Assembly: GCA_040377305.1 (NCBI GenBank)
Contig: JBEIPA010000010.1
Span: 64,001 to 128,000 of the forward strand
Length of the DNA stretch: 64,000 nt
Source of the DNA: Flavobacteriales bacterium
Lineage (GTDB): Bacteria > Bacteroidota > Bacteroidia > Palsa-965
Direction: 5' to 3'
The translations under genes and the position numbers were made by a program. Position 1 is the first letter of the stretch. Each line of letters opens with the position of its first letter. Of the stretch, positions 40,830-51,233 are shown piece by piece. Below the pieces are notes generated by a model that did no database searches, was not told the origin of the DNA, and saw nothing but the letters and a program-made list of their open reading frames with translations.

Positions 40830-42827
40830 TTAATACTTGTGAAGCTCCAACAGCTTCTGTTCAAAACGTGATACGGGCAGGAAGTTCTGTTCGAGTTCAG
40901 CCGCAAAAGGAATTGGTGTATCGAGAGAAGCCACGCGCACTACCGGAGCGTCGAGTGACTCGAAACAATTTTCATTAATCAATGAACTGATTTCTCCTCC
41001 AATTCCTCCTGTTAGTGTGTCTTCATGCAACACAATTACCTTACCTGTTTTGCGAACACTGTTGAAAATAGTTTCAGTATCAAGCGGCAACAAAGTACGC
41101 AAGTCTACAATCTCTCCTTTGATTTGCGGGTGCTTCGCAAGTATGTCTTTCGCCCAATGCACACCGTAACCGTACGTGATGATGGAAACATCGCTTCCCT
41201 CCTGCACCACTGCTGCTTTGCCGATTTCAACATTATAATATCCGTCAGGAATTTCTTCGCTGATACTTCTGTACAAAGCTTTGTGCTCGAAGAACATCAC
41301 CGGATTCGGATCTTCAAATGCGGCAATCAACAATCCCTTCGCGTCATACGGATTTGAAGGGTACACAACTTTCAATCCGGGAGTGTGAAAAAACCACGCT
41401 TCGTTGGATTGTGAGTGGAACGGCCCTGCAGCAACTCCTGCACCTGTAGGCATACGGATTACCACATCGGCATTCTGTCCCCAACGCCAGTGAATCTTCG
41501 CGAGGTTATTTATGATCTGATTAAATCCTTCCGTTACGAAATCGGCAAACTGCATTTCCATCATGGCCTTCATGCCGTTGATAGAAAGACCGAGTGCAGC
41601 TCCTACAATTGCAGATTCACACAACGGTGTATTACGTACGCGTTCCTTTCCGAATTCCTTCACAAATCCATCTGTGATTTTGAAAACTCCACCGTATTCT
41701 GCAATGTCTTGTCCCATAAGAACAAGATTGGAGTGTTTCATCATCGATTGGCGCAAACCATCGGAGATTGCATCAATCAATCGCTTATCCGATTTACGGT
41801 CACTTGGTTCTGCTTGCACAAAAGTGTGAGGAGCAAACAAATCTTTTACTTCCGAATCTGTATCTGCAACCGGACGTGCTTCTGCAAATGCTTTTTCAAG
41901 TCCGGTATCAATTTCGTTTTTAATTTTTGCGCGTGTTGCTTCAACAAATGGTGCATCGATAATTCCCGCTTGCAGCAAGAAGTTTTCGAAATTGGATACA
42001 GGATCCTTCACCGACCATTTGTCCTGAAGTCCTTCCGGATAATATTTTGTTCCGGAAGCCTCTTCGTGCCCGCGCATACGGAACGTTACACATTCCAGCA
42101 GGAATGGACGCGGACGCACACGTTGCTGACGCGTGATATCCTGAACTGCGTGATACACTTCGAGAATGTTGTTCCCATCAACCTGCATGGTTTCCATTCC
42201 GTAGCCAATTCCCTTATCGATAAATTGTTTGCAACGGAATTGTTCGGTTGAAGGTGTCGAAAGTCCCCACTGATTGTTTTCCACAGCGAAAATCACCGGA
42301 AGTTCCCACACAGCAGCCACATTAAGTGCTTCGTGAAAATCTCCTTCACTTGCGCCACCATCGCCGGTGAATACGAGTGTAGACTTCGCCTGTTTCTTCA
42401 GAAGATTTCCGAGCGCAATTCCATCAGCGATTCCGAGCTGCGGACCCAGGTGAGAAATCATTCCCACAATTTTATGTTCCTGTGTCCCGAAGTGAAAAGA
42501 ACGATCGCGTCCTTTTGTAAATCCGTTTGGCTTTCCCTGAAATTGAGAAAACAATTTGTGCAGCGGAATATTTCTCGAAGTAAAAACACCCAGGTTACGA
42601 TGCATTGGAAGAATGTATTCATCCTTATGCATAGCGAGTGCAGAACCTACTGAAGTTCCTTCCTGACCGAATCCGGAAAACCATTTTGAAATTCTTCCCT
42701 GGCGAAGGAGCACGAGCATTTTTTCTTCGATCATTCGGGGGCGAAGAATGTGCACGTAAATATTTTTCAGTTCGTCGTCCGCAAGTTTTTTACGGTCGAA
42801 TTTGATAGTAGTTTCTGCAGTGATCAT
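40830..42827 (-). CDS. Fused alpha/beta E1 of a 2-oxoacid (probably branched-chain) dehydrogenase
   Basis: TPP motif GDGGASEG...ENN, RMRGHEE, NTPLCESAI, GPFHSQS. Start reassigned to MITAETT. Confidence 0.93.
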   Translation of the reverse strand: MITAETTIKFDRKKLADDELKNIYVHILRPRMIEEKMLVLLRQGRISKWFSGFGQEGTSVGSALAMHKDEYILPMHRNLGVFTSRNIPLHKLFSQFQGKPNGFTKGRDRSFHFGTQEHKIVGMISHLGPQLGIADGIALGNLLKKQAKSTLVFTGDGGASEGDFHEALNVAAVWELPVIFAVENNQWGLSTPSTEQFRCKQFIDKGIGYGMETMQVDGNNILEVYHAVQDITRQQRVRPRPFLLECVTFRMRGHEEASGTKYYPEGLQDKWSVKDPVSNFENFLLQAGIIDAPFVEATRAKIKNEIDTGLEKAFAEARPVADTDSEVKDLFAPHTFVQAEPSDRKSDKRLIDAISDGLRQSMMKHSNLVLMGQDIAEYGGVFKITDGFVKEFGKERVRNTPLCESAIVGAALGLSINGMKAMMEMQFADFVTEGFNQIINNLAKIHWRWGQNADVVIRMPTGAGVAAGPFHSQSNEAWFFHTPGLKVVYPSNPYDAKGLLIAAFEDPNPVMFFEHKALYRSISEEIPDGYYNVEIGKAAVVQEGSDVSIITYGYGVHWAKDILAKHPQIKGEIVDLRTLLPLDTETIFNSVRKTGKVIVLHEDTLTGGIGGEISSLINENCFESLDAPVVRVASLDTPIPFAAELEQNFLPVSRFEQKLLELHKY

Positions 42828-42958
42828 TGTTGTGGCAAAAGTAACACTTCGGTTCGGGAATGGAGAATGTGCGATGAGGAATGAAGGAAGTGGGGATTGG
42901 TAAAAGTTTGCAGCTAATATTATGATCGCATCCCTTACCACATGCTACAGTTACACGC

Positions 42959-42993
42959 AAAAAAAAAGAGAACGCAATCCGTTCTCTTTTTTT
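42959..42993 (-). terminator. Rho-independent terminator
   Basis: AAAAAAAAAGAGAACG-CAATC-CGTTCTCTTTTTTT. Confidence 0.7.
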
Positions 42994-43019
42994 ACTGTTA
43001 AAGGTTATCCTTCTTCAGA

Positions 43020-43280
43020 TTACTTGATCAGTTTCTTAGCAACTGAATCAGCGTGATTTGCAGCAGCAGTTGAATCAGCAGCCATTTTAGCTGTTGCTTC
43101 AAGAGCAGCGATAGAATCAGCCGCGCGAGTTGAGTCAGCAGCAGCCATAATTTGCAAATTCATAATTGAGTCAGCAGCAGCGATTGAATCCTGCATTTTC
43201 TTTGCAAGGTCTTCAGCGTTTCCGCAGCCAGTAAGAACTGCCATTCCAGCAACGGCAGCTACAGCGAATACTTTTTTCAT
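43020..43280 (-). CDS. Small Ala-rich lipoprotein with ADS repeats
   Basis: Lipobox LTGC; six D-S-(I/T/V) motifs; own promoter box and terminator. Confidence 0.8.
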   Translation of the reverse strand: MKKVFAVAAVAGMAVLTGCGNAEDLAKKMQDSIAAADSIMNLQIMAAADSTRAADSIAALEATAKMAADSTAAANHADSVAKKLIK

Positions 43281-43382
43281 TTGAGTTGTTGGTCTTTTGG
43301 TTAAAACTTGCGCAAAGATATGTTAAGAAAGCATTGAGCTACATACTTTTCCACTTTTTTTTAACATGATATTGACAAAAGC

Positions 43383-43418
43383 AACAAAGCCCCGAACGTT
43401 AGTTCGAGGCTTTGTTTT
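43383..43418 (-). terminator. Rho-independent terminator
   Basis: AACAAAGCCCCGAAC...GTTCGAGGCTTTGTT. Confidence 0.7.
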
Positions 43419-43435
43419 TAACCTAAATCCGACGA

Positions 43436-43765
43436 TTATTTCGCGCCAGGACGTGTTCCACCAACTTTCGGTGTTTCAGGGTTTTTAGGAGCCTTAGGCT
43501 TAGTTCCGCCTTTTCCTTTGTTCGCAGCCTCTGTAGAGTCAGCGATACGAGTTGAGTCAGCTACCCACTTAACACGAACTGCTGCCATTGAGTCAGCCAT
43601 ACGAGTTGAGTCAGCCTGAGCTTTTGCTGCCATTTCGATAGCCGCGATAGAATCAGCAGCACGAGTTGAATCAGCGATACGCTTTGCTTCAGCTTCTGCG
43701 TCCGGGCCGCAAGAAACGAGAGCTACCATTGCAGATACTGCAACGAATGAGAAGATTTTTTTCAT
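43436..43765 (-). CDS. Small Ala-rich lipoprotein with ADS repeats (paralog of 43020-43280)
   Basis: Start MKKIFSF, lipobox LVSC; six D-S-(I/T/M) motifs; Lys/Pro-rich tail. Confidence 0.8.
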   Translation of the reverse strand: MKKIFSFVAVSAMVALVSCGPDAEAEAKRIADSTRAADSIAAIEMAAKAQADSTRMADSMAAVRVKWVADSTRIADSTEAANKGKGGTKPKAPKNPETPKVGGTRPGAK

Positions 43766-43905
43766 TTTGTAATTAGAGTTTTGGTTAACCGGCGGCAAAG
43801 GTATAAGAAATTACCGAACTGCAAAAACTTTTTGATATTGAGTTGCGATAACGTACATTTGCACGGCTTTTGTAACGATAACCCAAAACAACCAAAAACT
43901 ATAAC

Positions 43906-44574
43906 ATGAAAAAACAAATTCTTGCACTCGCATCTATCGCTTTGATTGGTGGAGCTATTTCTTTCACTTCTTGTAAGCAGGACGACATCACAGCTCCTGT
44001 AATCACTGTAACTGGTGGAAATACACAATCTCAGAACCTTCCTAACACTGCAGGAGCTGGTACTTGGACTAACCCAACTGTAACTGCAACTGATGACGAG
44101 GATGGAGATGTTTCTGGTAGCGTAACTGTAACTGGAACTGTTGATCCTAACACAGCTGGTTCTTACACTTTGACTTATACAGTGTCTGATGCTGCTGGTA
44201 ACACTGCAACTGAAACAGTAACAGTAGCAGTCGTTAACTCTGCTGATTTTCTTGAGTCTAATTCTTTCGGTAACTGTCGCGATACTTGTCAGGTTACAGC
44301 TCCTTTCAACTATGATGCTGGCGTAACTGCAAGCAACACAGTAAACGGAAACTTCGTAATCAACAATTTCGGTGGTTTCGGAACTTCAATCAACGTTAAC
44401 GCTGCATTGAGCGGATCTAACATCTCTGTTGGAGCGTCTCAGTCACTTGGTGGTAGCGCTTCAATCGTTGCTTGCAGCGGTGCAGTAACTAGCACTTCAC
44501 CTGCTCAGTTTGGTCTTACTTACACTTGGACTGACGGTTCTTCAAGCGAGGTTTGTATCTCATTGTATCGTTAA
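43906..44574 (+). CDS. Lipoprotein with DUF5011/bacterial Ig-like domain
   Basis: Lipobox FTSC; DITAPVITVTG...TATDDEDGDVS...GSYTLTYTVSDAAGN. Confidence 0.88.
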   Translation: MKKQILALASIALIGGAISFTSCKQDDITAPVITVTGGNTQSQNLPNTAGAGTWTNPTVTATDDEDGDVSGSVTVTGTVDPNTAGSYTLTYTVSDAAGNTATETVTVAVVNSADFLESNSFGNCRDTCQVTAPFNYDAGVTASNTVNGNFVINNFGGFGTSINVNAALSGSNISVGASQSLGGSASIVACSGAVTSTSPAQFGLTYTWTDGSSSEVCISLYR

Positions 44575-44592
44575 TTCATAACTGATATATTA

Positions 44593-44624
44593 AAGCCCGC
44601 TCCTGATTCAGGAGCGGGCTTTTT
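44593..44624 (+). terminator. Rho-independent terminator
   Basis: AAAGCCCGCTCCTG-ATT-CAGGAGCGGGCTTTT. Confidence 0.8.
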
Positions 44625-44639
44625 CATACTGAAATTTGA

Positions 44640-44975
44640 ATGAAAAAAAAGCATACCCATTCCGGGCTCGTTTATTCTACCAATCGCGACTTCCGTCCCG
44701 ACGAAGAAGAAACCACGCAGAAGTCCATAAGCCCAAACCAGCAGAATCTTAAGGTTTTTCTCGATAGATTGCCTGGCAATAAACTCGTAACGCGCATTAA
44801 CGGTTTCCGTGGTCCTGAATCGGAACTCGATGCTTTGGGCAAGAAACTCAAACAACAATGCGGAACCGGCGGTTCGGTAAAGGAAGGTGAGATTTTATTA
44901 CAGGGCGACAAGCGCGATCAAGTGCTCATGTTGCTTCAAAAGGCAGATTACAAAGCAAAGAAAGCCGGCGGATGA
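44640..44975 (+). CDS. yciH: SUI1/YciH-family translation initiation factor
   Basis: GLVYSTN, LGKKLKQQCGTGGSVKEGEILLQGD. Confidence 0.9.
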   Translation: MKKKHTHSGLVYSTNRDFRPDEEETTQKSISPNQQNLKVFLDRLPGNKLVTRINGFRGPESELDALGKKLKQQCGTGGSVKEGEILLQGDKRDQVLMLLQKADYKAKKAGG

Positions 44976-46039
44976 ACCAATTTACGTCCTTCAATGGAGT
45001 AATTGTTGTTGAGTTGGCTTCCGTATTGGCCGGACCATCAGTAGGTAGCTTCTTCGCGGAAATGGGTGCAACCGTTATCAAAGTTGAAAATCCAAAAACG
45101 CAAGGTGATACCACCCGGAAATGGAAGACTCCAAACGAGGATCCGGATGCACCGGTTTCATCATATTATGCGAGCGCAAACTGGAAAAAGCAGGTCGTTT
45201 ATCTGGACCTGACTCAATCTCGCGACATCGAGAAATTACATGATTACCTGAAGGACGCAACGATTCTTCTGGAGAACTTTAAACCCGGAGACGATATTAA
45301 ATTCGGACTCGACTATCAGTCGCTTAAATCGCTGTATCCCAAATTAATAGTTGGGCACATACAAGGCTTTCCAGACAACGATCGCCCGGCATTCGATGTA
45401 GTGCTTCAGGCAGAATCCGGTTACATTTCCCTGAACGGAAATGGGGGCGAAAATTTCAAATGGCCTCTGCCGATTGTTGACATTCTTGCCGCACATCAGC
45501 TTAAAGAAGGACTATTACTCGCGCTTATTCAGAAGCAGGAAACTCATGAGGGCTGCTTTGTAAGTGTTTCACTTTTTGATGCGGCCATTTCGGCGCTGCA
45601 TAACATCGCTGGAAATGTGCTGATGGGCAATTCCAATCCCACTTCACTAGGCCGATTGCACCCAAACATTGCGCCTTATGGAGAAACCATAACCTCGTCT
45701 GACGGAATAACCCTGGTACTTGCGGTCGGAACTGACAAGCAGTTTACCGAGTTGTGTGTTGTCTTATGTTTATCAATCGATTACCAGAACAAATACTCAA
45801 CAAATACTCAACGTGTTTCAGACCGGACTTCCATGGAGATTGAGCTTCGAAGTAAAGCTTCGGCAATATCTTTTGACGTGTTACAACAAGAGTTGATAGC
45901 TCGTAAAATACCTTTTGGTCGTGTTAAAACGGTGAAGGAAGTATTGGATTCATTACCCGAAGATGCATTTCTTTGCGAGACCATCGAAGGTGTCGATACA
46001 GTGAGAATGAGAACTGGGATTTTCAAAATCGCCCGTTAA
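44972..46039 (+). CDS. CaiB/BaiF family III CoA-transferase
   Basis: VVELASVLAGP, GATVIKVENP, ENFKPG, FDVVLQAESG, HPNIAPY. Confidence 0.92.
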   Translation: MNQFTSFNGVIVVELASVLAGPSVGSFFAEMGATVIKVENPKTQGDTTRKWKTPNEDPDAPVSSYYASANWKKQVVYLDLTQSRDIEKLHDYLKDATILLENFKPGDDIKFGLDYQSLKSLYPKLIVGHIQGFPDNDRPAFDVVLQAESGYISLNGNGGENFKWPLPIVDILAAHQLKEGLLLALIQKQETHEGCFVSVSLFDAAISALHNIAGNVLMGNSNPTSLGRLHPNIAPYGETITSSDGITLVLAVGTDKQFTELCVVLCLSIDYQNKYSTNTQRVSDRTSMEIELRSKASAISFDVLQQELIARKIPFGRVKTVKEVLDSLPEDAFLCETIEGVDTVRMRTGIFKIAR

Positions 46040-46078
46040 TTCCTACTTTTGTAATAACCTCTGCACCCAATAAAGCTG

Positions 46079-46999
46079 ATGGCAAAAAGGCTTTTACTTA
46101 TATTCTTATTAATTCTGCCTTTAATGGCTTTCTCGCAGCGCAATAAGCGTTACAAGTGGGAAGCATGTGTGGGCTTGGGTGCATCAAACTTTCTGGGCGA
46201 TTTAGGAGGAGCAGATCAGATTGGGACGAACGGATTGAAGGATCTTGAGTTCACACTTACCAAGCCTGGGATTTCCGTAAATGCCCGCTACCGTAAAGGT
46301 CGCTACTGGGCTTACAAAGGTGGTTTCTATTGGGGAACTGTAAGTGGCTACGATTATCTCACCACAGAACGCTACCGACACAATCGCAACCTGCATTTCA
46401 AATCAAATATTTTCGAGTTCTCGGTAATGGGCGAATTTTATTTGACCAAAGAACGACCGGGACACGTTTATCGTTACAAGAAGCTGAAAGGGTGGAAACA
46501 CATAGACATGCAGGTTTACCTCATGGCTGGAATTGGTGGATTCTATTATAATCCTAAAGCTGTTTGGGGAGGAAAGTATATTCCCTTGCAACCACTTGGG
46601 ACAGAAGGACAAGGAATTAAACCCGGCACTAAGAAGTACAGCCGTGTGAGTATTTGTGTGCCTATTGGAATTGGATTTAAGTACGCACTTGATCGTCGCT
46701 GGAGCATTGGACTGGAAATTGGAATGCGCAAAACATTCACAGATTACATTGATGATGTGAGTACTGTTTATTACGATCCAATTGAAATCGGTAACGCGAA
46801 CGGAACCATGGGTGCAGCAGCAGTATACCTTGCAAACCCTACGAACAACGAAGTAAATGCTGCGAACAATGGCGGTGTTAGTCCAACTGCAGTGGGACAG
46901 CAACGCGGAGATGCAAGTGATAATGACTCCTACATGTTCGTACACGTGACCGTGAATTACAAAATCGGGAAGTTCCGTAAGACCAAGTCGAAGTTCTAA
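46079..46999 (+). CDS. Outer-membrane beta-barrel protein (DUF6089 / PorG-like)
   Basis: GASNFLGDLGG, RNLHFKS, PLGTEGQG, RKTFTDYIDDVS, QRGD..NDSYMF. Confidence 0.8.
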   Translation: MAKRLLLIFLLILPLMAFSQRNKRYKWEACVGLGASNFLGDLGGADQIGTNGLKDLEFTLTKPGISVNARYRKGRYWAYKGGFYWGTVSGYDYLTTERYRHNRNLHFKSNIFEFSVMGEFYLTKERPGHVYRYKKLKGWKHIDMQVYLMAGIGGFYYNPKAVWGGKYIPLQPLGTEGQGIKPGTKKYSRVSICVPIGIGFKYALDRRWSIGLEIGMRKTFTDYIDDVSTVYYDPIEIGNANGTMGAAAVYLANPTNNEVNAANNGGVSPTAVGQQRGDASDNDSYMFVHVTVNYKIGKFRKTKSKF

Positions 47000-47005
47000 G
47001 ACTTG

Positions 47006-47443
47006 ATGTTTACTGTCATACAACCTTCTTCACCACAACAACTCGAAAAGATTTTCGCTTTACGCTTCACCGTTTTACGGGCACCGTGGAATCAGGCCAA
47101 AGGAAGCGAGAGAGATGATGTAGAACATTCCTCGATTCATGCGTTGATTGAAGACCCGGCCGGAAATTGTATAGCAACCGGACGTTTGCAGTTCAACAAT
47201 GAAAACGAAGCTCAGATCCGCTTCATGGCCGTAGATGAAAATTATCGCGGAAAAAAGTTAGGGAAACTGATCCTGGAATTTCTCGAGAAGAAGGCGGTGG
47301 AAAATAATCGCTGGAAGATGATCCTTCAAGCCAGACAGAATGCTGTCGATTTCTACGTTGCGAATGGATATGGTATTGAAGAAAAAACGTTCCTACTCTT
47401 CGACTCTATCCAGCATTACCGAATGAGTAAAAAGCTGAAGTAA
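47006..47443 (+). CDS. GNAT-family acetyltransferase
   Basis: LRFTVLRAP, AQIRFMAVDENYRGKKLG, ARQNAVDFY. Confidence 0.9.
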   Translation: MFTVIQPSSPQQLEKIFALRFTVLRAPWNQAKGSERDDVEHSSIHALIEDPAGNCIATGRLQFNNENEAQIRFMAVDENYRGKKLGKLILEFLEKKAVENNRWKMILQARQNAVDFYVANGYGIEEKTFLLFDSIQHYRMSKKLK

Positions 47444-48043
47444 CTATTCGTCTTCCTTTTTCCAGCTTTCTTCTTTCTGACTACGCTTACTCAGCTTCGC
47501 TTCCACTTCCACAAATTCCCCAATCACTTCAATCAGCTTACTGCGTTCGGATTTCTCCAGTTGAAATCCCAAACTGATTTCCCGCTCTTCGTAATTGAAC
47601 CGGATTGAATCACAATCGGTATTCCAAAAATCGCCGCCAATATTTCTGAGCCAGTTTGGACTTTCGGTATCTGAACTGCGAAGCTTCTTAATCTTGTTGA
47701 TCTGGTAATCCTGTACCCATCCTCTGCCCTTCACATCCTTCTTATATTTCAATACTCCGTCAGCTATCTTAACTACTTCGTGGCCAAACTGTTTCCAGCG
47801 ATACAAACGAAACAGGACGTAGAAGAAATACAACCAGAACGCGAGCCAGATTAACACGATGATTTTAGTTTTATCGAGCTCTATCTCGGAGAAATTCCAG
47901 ATCATGAACAAGCCGCCAACAACCCACAACAAAAGAATCGCAAGCACAGTCCTGCTCTTCTTTCGGTCTACGACTGAAGAAATCACAATGCTGGTTCCTG
48001 CATCGCTTTGCACCACTGAAATACGATCGCTAAGGATTTCCAT
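47444..48043 (-). CDS. Hypothetical membrane protein (2 TM segments)
   Basis: Two hydrophobic segments; start overlaps the ndh stop. Confidence 0.7.
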   Translation of the reverse strand: MEILSDRISVVQSDAGTSIVISSVVDRKKSRTVLAILLLWVVGGLFMIWNFSEIELDKTKIIVLIWLAFWLYFFYVLFRLYRWKQFGHEVVKIADGVLKYKKDVKGRGWVQDYQINKIKKLRSSDTESPNWLRNIGGDFWNTDCDSIRFNYEEREISLGFQLEKSERSKLIEVIGEFVEVEAKLSKRSQKEESWKKEDE

Positions 48044-49316
48044 TGATATTCTTTCTGAATGGACGAATGATTAACCGCATGCCGCGATCATAATTGATAT
48101 AGCTCACTATCCAGTTGAACAAAACGACAACACGGTTTCGGAATCCAACTAATGCCATGAGGTGAACGAACATCCACGCCAGCCATGCAATCAGTCCGCT
48201 ACCTTTAATCCACGATGCTTCCATGATCGCACGATTTCTTCCGATCGTTGCCATCGAACCTTTATCCCTGTACCGGAAATTCTTTTGCTGACCGGACTTC
48301 AGGCTGCGCACCAGATTTTTTCCGATTACACTTCCCTGCTGAATTGCCACTTGCGCCACTTGCGGATGTCCTTTCGGATATTCCGGATCACCTTCCATTT
48401 GTGAAGCATCGCCGGCGACAAAAATATTTTCGTAACCGTTCACTTTACAGGTTCGGTCGGTGAGTATTCTGCCCGCTGGCGTAATCACCTGAGGATTCAA
48501 ACCATTAACAGGAACTCCTTTGACACCTGCAGCCCAGATCAATGTCTTTGCATACAAAGTTCGGCCGGCGTTTGTCGTGATTTTAAATCCGTCGTAATCT
48601 GTAACCCGCGTGTTCACCCAGACATCAACGCCCATTTCCTTCAGGTACTCCAAAGCTTTACGCGATGATGTTTCACTGAACGAAGAAAGTACACGCGGAC
48701 TACCATCAATCAGGTGAATCTGCATGCGCTCAAAATCCAGTTCCGGATAATCATTCGGCAATACATGCTTCTTTAACTCAGCCAGTGCGCCTGCAAGTTC
48801 AACACCCGTTGGTCCGGCTCCGGCGATTACGTAATCGAGCAAAGCTTCTTTCTCCGGACCTTCATCGGTTGTAAGTGCTTGTTCGAAGTTCTGGAGAATG
48901 TAGCTGCGCATATCCAACGCTTCACGCACTGATTTCATCTGCAATGTGAGCGCGCGCAGTTTCTCATTTCCGAAAAATGAAGTGTCTGTTCCGGTTGCCA
49001 GTACGAGATAATCGTAATGCAGTTCGCCGATCGTGGTTGTGATTTTGTTCTCTTCAGGATGAAGGTTTGTTACTTCCGCCATCCGGAAATAAAAGTCTTC
49101 GAATCCTTTGAATATTTTACGCAGCGGAAAAACAATAGAATCTGCTTCAATTCCTGCCGTAGCAACCTGATAAAGCAAAGGCTGAAACGTGTGAAAGTTG
49201 TTCTTGTCGATAAGTACGATCTGGAACTTATCGCTGAGCTGCCGAACAATTTCTATTCCGGCAAATCCGCCACCAATGACAACTACACGTTTCTTATTTG
49301 ACTTTGGAACATCCAC
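48030..49316 (-). CDS. ndh: Type II NADH dehydrogenase
   Basis: VVIGGGFAG, FQPLLYQVAT, GAGPTGVELAG, AQVAIQQG, YRDKGSMATIGR. Confidence 0.93.
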   Translation of the reverse strand: MDVPKSNKKRVVVIGGGFAGIEIVRQLSDKFQIVLIDKNNFHTFQPLLYQVATAGIEADSIVFPLRKIFKGFEDFYFRMAEVTNLHPEENKITTTIGELHYDYLVLATGTDTSFFGNEKLRALTLQMKSVREALDMRSYILQNFEQALTTDEGPEKEALLDYVIAGAGPTGVELAGALAELKKHVLPNDYPELDFERMQIHLIDGSPRVLSSFSETSSRKALEYLKEMGVDVWVNTRVTDYDGFKITTNAGRTLYAKTLIWAAGVKGVPVNGLNPQVITPAGRILTDRTCKVNGYENIFVAGDASQMEGDPEYPKGHPQVAQVAIQQGSVIGKNLVRSLKSGQQKNFRYRDKGSMATIGRNRAIMEASWIKGSGLIAWLAWMFVHLMALVGFRNRVVVLFNWIVSYINYDRGMRLIIRPFRKNINGNP

Positions 49317-49750
49317 TATAAATTCGATTGAAGCGTGTAAATCAATGCATGCAAAGCAAGACGATAGCTATTCAAACCGAATCCACCTATCGTGCCAACT
49401 GCCTTGGGCGCTACATACGACACATGACGAAACTCTTCGCGTGCCATAACATTCGAGATGTGAACTTCGATTACCGGCGTTTTGATACCCGCTACCGCAT
49501 CGCCAATTGCAACCGATGTGTGCGTGTAACCTCCGGGATTGAAGATGATACCGTCGTGTGTGAATCCCACTTCATGCAGCTTGTCGATGAGTTCTCCTTC
49601 AATGTTGCTTTGGAAATATTCCAGCCCCATTGTGGGATACTCCGCCTGAAGCTGCGCGAAATAATCTTCGAAGCTTTCCGTTCCATATACTTCAGGCTCC
49701 CGCTTTCCGAGAAGGTTGAGATTGGGTCCGTTGAGAATGAGAATTTTCAC
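49316..49750 (-). CDS. aroQ: Type II 3-dehydroquinate dehydratase
   Basis: LNGPNLNLLGKREPEVYG, QSNIEG, NPGGYTHTS, EVHISN. GTG start at 49750. Confidence 0.97.
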   Translation of the reverse strand: MKILILNGPNLNLLGKREPEVYGTESFEDYFAQLQAEYPTMGLEYFQSNIEGELIDKLHEVGFTHDGIIFNPGGYTHTSVAIGDAVAGIKTPVIEVHISNVMAREEFRHVSYVAPKAVGTIGGFGLNSYRLALHALIYTLQSNL

Positions 49751-49833
49751 GGTGTAAAGGTACAGAATTAGGGATTGAGGAATGAGGTATGTGGAATGAG
49801 GGAAATGGAACATTGGATTCGTAAATTCACCGT

Positions 49834-50742
49834 GTGAGTTGGAAAGCAGACATAGCGGGATTCAAGAACTACCTGCGACTCGAAAAATCTCTTTCGGGTA
49901 ATAGCGTGGAGGCTTATCTGCACGATGTGGAGAAACTATGTCAATATTTAGAGTTCAATAAGATTACAACTTCATCAACCGAACTTAAAGTTTCGGAGAT
50001 ACGTGGTTTTCTGAACTGGATCGGTGAACTCGGAATGACAGCTACTTCGCAGGCGAGAATTCTTTCTGGACTTCGCGCATTCTACAAGTACTTGTTGCAT
50101 GAAAACATGATCAACAACGATCCAACAGAGTTGATCGATGCACCGAAGATCGGACGGCAATTACCTGACACGCTTGACGTAGAGGAAGTAGATCGTTTGC
50201 TAAATGCAGTTGACCGCAGCACACCTGAAGGCGAACGTAATCGCGCGATGCTGGAAGTACTTTATGGGTGCGGATTGCGTGTTTCAGAATTGGTTGAGTT
50301 GCGCATATCCCGCATTCACGCGTCTGAATCGTTCATCAGTGTTGTGGGAAAAGGCAACAAGGAACGATTGATTCCGATTGGAAAAACTGCGTTGAATCAC
50401 ATCGAGTTGTATCGCAATTCAATTCGGGTTCATGCTGAAGCGCAGAAAGGTGAAGAGGATATTCTGTTTCTCAACAATCGTGGAAGAAGATTATCGCGGG
50501 TGATGGTTTTTATGATCATCAAGCAACTCGCAGTGCTGGCGCAAATCAAGAAATCGATTTCTCCGCACACGTTTCGTCATTCATTCGCCACTCACCTTGT
50601 TGAAGGCGGAGCGGATTTACGGGCAGTGCAGGAAATGTTAGGCCATGCTTCGATCACGACTACGGAGATTTATACGCATGTTGATCGGAGGTTTTTGAAG
50701 GAGCAGGTGTTGATGTATCATCCGAGGAGTTCTAAGTCCTAA
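49834..50742 (+). CDS. xerD: Site-specific tyrosine recombinase XerD
   Basis: RNRAMLEVLYGCGLRVSEL, GKGNKERLIP, SPHTFRHSFATHLVEGGADLRAVQEMLGHASITTTEIYTH. Confidence 0.92.
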   Translation: MSWKADIAGFKNYLRLEKSLSGNSVEAYLHDVEKLCQYLEFNKITTSSTELKVSEIRGFLNWIGELGMTATSQARILSGLRAFYKYLLHENMINNDPTELIDAPKIGRQLPDTLDVEEVDRLLNAVDRSTPEGERNRAMLEVLYGCGLRVSELVELRISRIHASESFISVVGKGNKERLIPIGKTALNHIELYRNSIRVHAEAQKGEEDILFLNNRGRRLSRVMVFMIIKQLAVLAQIKKSISPHTFRHSFATHLVEGGADLRAVQEMLGHASITTTEIYTHVDRRFLKEQVLMYHPRSSKS

Positions 50743-50765
50743 GTTCCAGATTTCTATTAAGTGCC

Positions 50766-51233
50766 ATGTGGAGAATTGGTTTTCTGGCGTCATACTCAAA
50801 ACGATGCTGGATGATTCGCTATTGTACTATATTTTTCCTGCTGATTTTCAATGGCGTAAGCAACGCTGTGTCTTGCCGACTCGTTGACACATCCGAAGCT
50901 TGTGACACGATTATCATCTCAATTGATCAGAAATTAATCCGAACCGTTTCAATTCCCGCGAGCGGGCAATATGATTCGACTACAACTGAGGTAAGAGTGA
51001 TTGTTCAGATCAAGAACGAATGCAACATCCGCATTCAAGTCTGGTACAATTCTCTGTATTATGAATTGACTTTACCTTCGGATTTGCGCGCCTACGGACG
51101 TGTAATTCACTTGAGCATATATACGTCAAAGGTCAAGAAGAGCACACCATCTGTATGCAGTTACGGTGCGCAGGCCGGGCAGCTTGGAGTTTGCGGATAT
51201 GGAATCGTCATGAAATGCGAGCCCAATGAATAA
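50766..51233 (+). CDS. Hypothetical Cys-containing, possibly secreted protein
   Basis: Fills the gap between xerD and the transporter; start uncertain (perhaps 50811). Confidence 0.45.
   Translation: MWRIGFLASYSKRCWMIRYCTIFFLLIFNGVSNAVSCRLVDTSEACDTIIISIDQKLIRTVSIPASGQYDSTTTEVRVIVQIKNECNIRIQVWYNSLYYELTLPSDLRAYGRVIHLSIYTSKVKKSTPSVCSYGAQAGQLGVCGYGIVMKCEPNE

Noticed and set aside
41415-42251. Long antisense ORFs (278 aa here, 206 aa at 46403-47023, and many shorter ones)
   Set aside because: They lie opposite well-supported genes and have no recognisable motifs; treated as shadow ORFs.
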